Of a stretch of 64,000 bases of DNA, positions 58,804 through 64,000 are shown piece by piece (the first letter of the stretch is position 1; each line of letters begins with the position of its first letter). Made by a program: the position numbers and the translations under genes. Source of the stretch: an uncultured virus (IMG/VR IMGVR_UViG_3300029305_005254). Lineage: Duplodnaviria > Heunggongvirae > Uroviricota > Caudoviricetes. The notes beneath the pieces are model-generated. The model made no database searches, was not told the DNA's origin, and saw only the letters and a list, made by a program, of their open reading frames with translations. Location: IMG/VR virus record IMGVR_UViG_3300029305_005254; one strand, written 5' to 3'.

Positions 58804-59160
58804 CTATACCTCCAAATCATACTTGAAGTAAATACATTTAGTTGCATTACTTATATCTTTATTCTTAGGAAGATGTACTACTATAACATTACCTAAATTA
58901 GCATCTCCACCAAACTCAACTGCACAATTAACAAGCTCACCGTTAAAAGTAACTTGACCTGTTAAATATACAGCTTTATCTATAACACTACTAGCCTCAA
59001 TCAGCTCTATATTCTCTTTTAGATAACAGATTTTTGGCTTAAACACACCATCTATCTGTACACTGAAGAAATCTTCTTTACTATCGAAATCAATAATAAC
59101 ACCTGTATCCCCTTTAAACGGTCCTGTGAGAATACGCACCTTATCTCCAACACTAAACAT
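58804..59160 (-). CDS. KOW-motif protein
   Basis: FSVGDKVRILTGPFKGDTGVI. Confidence 0.8.
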   Translation of the reverse strand: MFSVGDKVRILTGPFKGDTGVIIDFDSKEDFFSVQIDGVFKPKICYLKENIELIEASSVIDKAVYLTGQVTFNGELVNCAVEFGGDANLGNVIVVHLPKNKDISNATKCIYFKYDLEV

Positions 59161-59172
59161 ACAACCATCTCC

Positions 59173-59379
59173 TTAAGTAATTATTTTATAAATGCAACCT
59201 ATTGTTAATACTACTAAACTTATTGCACCTAATATTAATGATAAGTATTCTACAATATTATACAATATCTTAAATTTATTTTCAACTCTGTCTTCAAACT
59301 TAATTGAGTATAGTAACAATAACATCACAGATACCACACAACCTATATATCCTATTAATAAGGCATTATCTAAAAACAT
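59173..59379 (-). CDS. small two-TM membrane protein
   Basis: Start adjusted to MFLDN; two hydrophobic helices. Confidence 0.65.
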   Translation of the reverse strand: MFLDNALLIGYIGCVVSVMLLLLYSIKFEDRVENKFKILYNIVEYLSLILGAISLVVLTIGCIYKIIT

Positions 59380-59389
59380 AACCTGTCTC

Positions 59390-60064
59390 CTATTCTTTAG
59401 TGGAAAATATAACCTTACCAAAAGTATTTCTTGTAAAAGCCTTAAACTCATTAAATAAAAGTCCTACATTAATATCATTATAAGACTCCTTAACTACAAC
59501 ACTATCTATTTTATCTGTACTAAAACCCAAATCCTCTTTAATTTCAATAACTCTATAAGGAAAAACTTCTACTGGCTGATTATCATAGTCATTACACTCT
59601 CTAGCAGTTAAACCCTCTTCCCAATTCAACATAAAATATCTGTTACCTAGTTTACATACATCAGTAACAGACCTTTGCCACTTTCTATTTTCACCATAGG
59701 TTCTCTTTACAGAGAATTCAGTCATTTTATATAACTCTTCCCTTGATAAAGACTTACCCTGATTTAGTTTCTTCAGTATAATTTCATCTATATGTTCTAT
59801 ATAGTACCTTTTTCTCTCTTCGCGTTTTCTATAATTCTCTATGTACTTTTCCCTATCTCTTTTCCTTTTTGCTAATATTTCATCTTTTAACTTAGGTATC
59901 TCTTGTATCTCAACCATCTTTAAGTCTACCCAAGATTTACCCTCTTTAGCATACATTGAACATATACTATTCCCTTTTACACATATACTCCAAAACTCAT
60001 CTAAATCATCGTGAGTGTACCCATTTTCTACTAACCAATATCTAATATCTTGTTTACTAGCCAC
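59390..60064 (-). CDS. hypothetical phage-type protein
   Basis: ORF; WEEGLT..NDYDNQPVEV. Confidence 0.75.
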   Translation of the reverse strand: MASKQDIRYWLVENGYTHDDLDEFWSICVKGNSICSMYAKEGKSWVDLKMVEIQEIPKLKDEILAKRKRDREKYIENYRKREERKRYYIEHIDEIILKKLNQGKSLSREELYKMTEFSVKRTYGENRKWQRSVTDVCKLGNRYFMLNWEEGLTARECNDYDNQPVEVFPYRVIEIKEDLGFSTDKIDSVVVKESYNDINVGLLFNEFKAFTRNTFGKVIFSTKE

Positions 60065-60067
60065 ATT

Positions 60068-60370
60068 TTACTCCTTCTTAACCCCAAGTATAACACCATA
60101 ACACTTTTCTTTGCAAGTATCTAATATAGACTGTTTCATAGTTTCAGCTTCTTCTCTTGAACCACATTCATATACTACAACACTCTTAGGCTTGCAAATC
60201 TTAGAGCCTTTGCTTAACTGTAATGAAATCTTAAAACAATTTAGTTTGTTTATCTCTGGGTGCGAGAATTTACTAACCCCTGTCCAATCTTCTATCGTAA
60301 GTATAATATCTCCGACATCTTTTAAAACTTTGTCTATATCGACACATTCTTGCTTATAGTGTAATTTCAT
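60068..60370 (-). CDS. hypothetical protein
   Basis: ORF with GGAG RBS. Confidence 0.7.
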   Translation of the reverse strand: MKLHYKQECVDIDKVLKDVGDIILTIEDWTGVSKFSHPEINKLNCFKISLQLSKGSKICKPKSVVVYECGSREEAETMKQSILDTCKEKCYGVILGVKKE

Positions 60371-60379
60371 AATATTCTC

Positions 60380-60706
60380 CTAATAGTATTTCTTTGCCTC
60401 TGAAACAGACTTCATATTTCTCTTCTGTAAATCTTCTAAAAACTCAGGTGTTACCTGGTCTGTCATATAAGCAAAACTCTCATCAAAGAACACACCATAA
60501 ATCCCTGAATTTCTCTCTATTATTACAGTAGTATATGCTTCAGTCATAGCACAACCACCTATTCCATCAAAACCTAGACTTGTACTTCCCCACATTTGTG
60601 GAAATACTATTACAGAGCAATTAAAACCCTTCGTAATTAAATTCTCAGCTTTTAATATATTCTTAAATCTTTCCTCTACTAAAGGTAAATTTGGATACTG
60701 TAACAT
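60380..60706 (-). CDS. hypothetical phage-type protein
   Basis: FPQMWGSTSLGFDGIGGCAMTEAYT. Confidence 0.8.
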   Translation of the reverse strand: MLQYPNLPLVEERFKNILKAENLITKGFNCSVIVFPQMWGSTSLGFDGIGGCAMTEAYTTVIIERNSGIYGVFFDESFAYMTDQVTPEFLEDLQKRNMKSVSEAKKYY

Positions 60707-60717
60707 AAAATACCCTC

Positions 60718-60993
60718 CTATTCGTAATATTCTGCCTCTAACTCTGCTAAAGCATCTTGTAATGCCATATAACCACCCTCGTCACCAAAGCTTAGGCATT
60801 CCATCTCGACTTTTGTCTCTTCTATCTGTTTCTTTAACTCTACGCACTTCAAACAAAACCAAACTCTACCCTCGTAACGCTTATTAATTGTTAAAGCCTT
60901 ACTTCCTTTTGTAATCTTGTTACAACAGTGTTCGCAATATCTGTCTTGTTTTACGTGCACATAACACTTATTCTTAGTTTTTGCTTTACCCAT
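60718..60993 (-). CDS. small Zn-finger protein
   Basis: CEHC..CLKC. Confidence 0.75.
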   Translation of the reverse strand: MGKAKTKNKCYVHVKQDRYCEHCCNKITKGSKALTINKRYEGRVWFCLKCVELKKQIEETKVEMECLSFGDEGGYMALQDALAELEAEYYE

Positions 60994-61188
60994 TTAGATT
61001 TCCTCTTTCTTAGTTTCATCTTCCTTTATTTTAGGAAAGCAAGAATTTACTACATCTGCCAACACATACTTCTCAATACCTAAGACTGAATTTACATCTA
61101 CTAAAGGCTTTGTTCTCCTTCCTGTAATAAATGTGTTATTTTCATCTTCTAACGGTTTTTTAGTTAGCTCTAATTCTTGTTTGCTCAT
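60994..61188 (-). CDS. hypothetical protein
   Basis: Short ORF in operon orientation. Confidence 0.55.
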   Translation of the reverse strand: MSKQELELTKKPLEDENNTFITGRRTKPLVDVNSVLGIEKYVLADVVNSCFPKIKEDETKKEEI

Positions 61189-61221
61189 TACTATATACCC
61201 CTTGTTCTTGAGACTCCCATA

Positions 61222-61647
61222 TTAAACACCTAATACTTTCTTGGATGCCTTATTAAAAGCCTTTCTTATACGCTCCACCTGTAAGTCTTTTTCTTCAAAT
61301 CCTAAAGCTTCAAGTACATCATCGTACTCTCCTGTATAGGCATACTCGTGATTATTCATCTCGCATACAAAGGCATCTACCAAATGGTTATCATCTTGGA
61401 AGAATAAAACCTTCTCTTCTCTGTGTAATTTACAAAGACCTAACCATCTATCTTTATCTACCTTTCTTATTATACCACCACAATTAATTGAAACACATTC
61501 CTCTAAGCTTTTAGCACCTATCTTTGATAAGCACTCTGTTAATTCTTCCTCTGATTTGCGTCCAAATATAAAAGTCATTGGAAATCTGCTTATATCGTCT
61601 TGATGAGCTCTATCTAGCTCCTTATAACTGTTATAAGTTCTTACCAT
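61222..61647 (-). CDS. hypothetical phage-type protein
   Basis: AFVCEMNNHEYAYT; GGAGG RBS. Confidence 0.8.
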   Translation of the reverse strand: MVRTYNSYKELDRAHQDDISRFPMTFIFGRKSEEELTECLSKIGAKSLEECVSINCGGIIRKVDKDRWLGLCKLHREEKVLFFQDDNHLVDAFVCEMNNHEYAYTGEYDDVLEALGFEEKDLQVERIRKAFNKASKKVLGV

Positions 61648-61712
61648 AAATAATTCCTCCGTAAACTATAATATACTAATAACATAACATAATTTACACA
61701 TAGTTGTAACTC

Positions 61713-62234
61713 TTATCTGGATTCTTTTAAGTATTTATAAACTTTATATAACATTTCTAAATCAAAATAATCAAAGTGACAATCCTGTTCTTGTATATTT
61801 AAGTATTTAGCTAAATCCTTGTATGCATCTTTTCTAGCTTTATGCCTTAATTTTAATTTAGATTTATTCTTCCATTTTTCATTAAAAAGGCTATAGCATA
61901 TTTTTCTTAAAGTACGCATCTCTTTATTAGATAATAAATCTACTGTAGGGTTTAAATTCATTGTATCAAATGCTAACATATCCCAATCTAATTTCTTACC
62001 TATTTTATAATAATGAATACCACACTTTCTACCAATAGCATAACCAAGATTTTTTTCTTTATTTACCCAAAATATTCTTAAGTCTTCATATACAGTAGAT
62101 ATATAGTCATTTACATAAGCTTGTCTAGATTCTTCACATTCATGAGTGTAAGTGAAGAAGTCTTGCCAATCATATTCGCTACGCATATCAATTTCTACCA
62201 TATCCTTGGGATACTTATTACAGATACCTGTCAT
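61713..62234 (-). CDS. DUF3268-like protein
   Basis: LSNKEMRTLR..RKDAYKDLAKYLNI..CHFDYFD. Confidence 0.55.
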   Translation of the reverse strand: MTGICNKYPKDMVEIDMRSEYDWQDFFTYTHECEESRQAYVNDYISTVYEDLRIFWVNKEKNLGYAIGRKCGIHYYKIGKKLDWDMLAFDTMNLNPTVDLLSNKEMRTLRKICYSLFNEKWKNKSKLKLRHKARKDAYKDLAKYLNIQEQDCHFDYFDLEMLYKVYKYLKESR

Positions 62235-62247
62235 TTTATATTATCTC

Positions 62248-63036
62248 CTAATTACCCATTAATCTCTTTCCAACTACCCACAAACAGTCACCCTCACATA
62301 GAAACTCTCTACACTTAGCCTCATAAATAGGGTCTAACTGATAATCTCCTACATAAGCCTCAACTGCATCATGGTAGTCAACACTACTTGTTACAATCTC
62401 ATAATCTATGAAATCCAAACCTTCTGCATATTCACGAATAATCTTCTCTGGGTCTTTACCAACTCTTACTCCTAAAATTGGTTTATTAATTCCGTACTTT
62501 GTCATGCCTGTTACAACAGAAGAAAAGCTCATTCCACTACCCACTGGTATTACAATTCGCTTACACTCTTCTGGTATATTCTGAACTTGTTCGCTTGTAA
62601 TACTTACATTTTCCTCACATTCCATACCAAATGGAACATAACCACAGTTTCTACTCTCTGCATATTCTCTCGCTCTTGCTACAATAATATTATTGTATCC
62701 TGGTCTTACTCGAATTATTTCTGTATGACTATTATTTTTAATATTGGCGATAACAGAGGTATCCCCTCCAAAAGGCATAAATAACTTACAATCTATATCC
62801 ATAGATTCACAAATGAAACTTACTATCTCACACTGAGGTGACTGTCTACTACCTGCTGTTACAATAGTTTTATAACCTTTCTCAAGTAACTGCAAGATAA
62901 CCTGGTAAGCTGAACGACTCTTACCACCTTTTACCCCATATACCTCAAAGGTATCATCTCTTTTAAGCCAAATACCTTCTTTTTCATAATATTCTACTGG
63001 TGTTAAATCACTAATACTTAATTTCTCGAACTGCAT
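62248..63036 (-). CDS. PLP-dependent fold-type II enzyme (ACC deaminase/D-cysteine desulfhydrase-like)
   Basis: LTPVE, IWLKRDD, GGKSR, VIPVGSGMS, LDPIYEAK. Confidence 0.85.
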   Translation of the reverse strand: MQFEKLSISDLTPVEYYEKEGIWLKRDDTFEVYGVKGGKSRSAYQVILQLLEKGYKTIVTAGSRQSPQCEIVSFICESMDIDCKLFMPFGGDTSVIANIKNNSHTEIIRVRPGYNNIIVARAREYAESRNCGYVPFGMECEENVSITSEQVQNIPEECKRIVIPVGSGMSFSSVVTGMTKYGINKPILGVRVGKDPEKIIREYAEGLDFIDYEIVTSSVDYHDAVEAYVGDYQLDPIYEAKCREFLCEGDCLWVVGKRLMGN

Positions 63037-63473
63037 ATTAACTCCCTCAACATACTTATTCTTTTTAAATCATCGTTGATTACAACATTGCCCAACTCAT
63101 CATACTTCTCCCCTACTTTACCCTCATGGGATAAGATAAACTTCCCGTCTGGCTTTGCTGTTAACATATATACTTCATTGTTTTCTATTATAAAAATAGT
63201 CTCCTGTTTATCTTTTCCACCTCTTACTATAAGAGAAGAATTGTTAAACAAATGCAACATCTCAGAGTGAGCATCAATTACAGCATATCTATTACTCTTA
63301 AGTATCTTATCTAATTCTACATAACATTCCAATTTTGATTCAATATCTCTAGCAGATACTAACTCCCTCTCACCATCTGAACTTGTAAAAGGTTCACTAG
63401 TTATCTCATATATTGAACCCCTATCAAAACTTGTTAAACTTTTAAATAACTTTCCTTCGTACAACCTAATCAC
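63018..63473 (-). CDS. hypothetical protein
   Basis: ORF with AAGGAG RBS. Confidence 0.7.
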   Translation of the reverse strand: MIRLYEGKLFKSLTSFDRGSIYEITSEPFTSSDGERELVSARDIESKLECYVELDKILKSNRYAVIDAHSEMLHLFNNSSLIVRGGKDKQETIFIIENNEVYMLTAKPDGKFILSHEGKVGEKYDELGNVVINDDLKRISMLRELICSSRN

Positions 63474-63614
63474 TCCTTATACAACAATTATATATTAATA
63501 GCCAAGTGAGACTCACCCACCTAAAACTTACTAGAATTATAACAAAATTCTTACTTATTTACTATATATTTATACTAAATATTTTCGTATTCTTAATTTA
63601 CACACTTTACTAAT

Positions 63615-63923
63615 CTAACAACATTGGTCAAAAATCGCAACTAAATAACTATTACTTAACCCTACCAAACTTATACGGTCCTCATAACTCAACATTTGAT
63701 TAGGAACTATGCACTTATTTAAATGATTTATAGCTATTTGACCATACATCCTAATTCCATCTGTATACCACTGACAAGGAATACCATATATCGTACATAT
63801 AGCGAAATCAATCAAATAATAGCTCTCCTCTATTGTTATTGCTATGTTGTAACCTTTTACAAATGTAAAAAATGTGTCTGCATAGCTTTTTGCTAAATCT
63901 TGTAAATAATTTACACCTCTCAT
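63615..63923 (-). CDS. hypothetical protein
   Basis: ORF with GGAGG RBS. Confidence 0.75.
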   Translation of the reverse strand: MRGVNYLQDLAKSYADTFFTFVKGYNIAITIEESYYLIDFAICTIYGIPCQWYTDGIRMYGQIAINHLNKCIVPNQMLSYEDRISLVGLSNSYLVAIFDQCC

Positions 63924-63935
63924 TATAAGAGCCTC

Positions 63936-64000
63936 CTATAATCCTTTTATTTTCATTATTACCCAAGTTGTTATTTCTTGAACTGTTCCTGATATAAATA
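63936..64000 (-). CDS. 3' end of a gene truncated by the window edge
   Basis: Open frame ..FISGTVQEITTWVIMKIKGL*. Confidence 0.4.
   Translation of the reverse strand, partial: FISGTVQEITTWVIMKIKGL

Noticed and set aside
925..63270. All plus-strand ORFs in the track (e.g. 57222-57800, 22014-22373, 10892-11230)
   Set aside because: They lie antisense to well-supported minus-strand genes and show no recognisable motifs; treated as shadow ORFs
1..64000. CRISPR array or complete TIGR array inside the window
   Set aside because: No periodic repeat-spacer structure seen in the intergenic gaps inspected (8004-8314, 19809-20008, 28304-28457, 48295-48558, 63474-63614)
1..64000. Stop-codon reassignment
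   Set aside because: Conserved genes are full length under the standard code, and TAA, TAG and TGA all end genes

Overview
AT-rich, densely coding 64-kb segment with essentially every credible gene on the minus strand. It has Firmicutes-type GGAGG ribosome-binding sites, sigmaA-like extended -10 promoters and the standard genetic code. The content looks like the replication/nucleotide-metabolism region of a very large mobile replicon of a Clostridia-like host (jumbo phage or megaplasmid; no virion or recognisable T4SS genes are visible here). It encodes a family A DNA polymerase, DnaB-like, RecD2-like and UvrD-like helicases, type II topoisomerase A and B subunits, an NAD+ ligase split across two distant genes, a stand-alone primase Zn-finger, a RuvC-like resolvase, tandem-domain ThyX, dUTPase and a YhaM-like nuclease. 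Accessory cargo includes a 1872-aa sortase-type adhesin, a sialyltransferase-like enzyme beside a tmRNA 3' remnant, a DUF285-repeat protein, a ParB-HNH fusion and a PLP enzyme. The most intriguing locus is at the left edge: an IS110/Nop-domain protein with no RuvC domain (TasA-like, as in TIGR-Tas) carrying an unknown ~90-aa insertion, with a 24-bp palindrome at its stop. Any guide array would lie just outside the window. All assignments come from visual motif recognition, not database searches.
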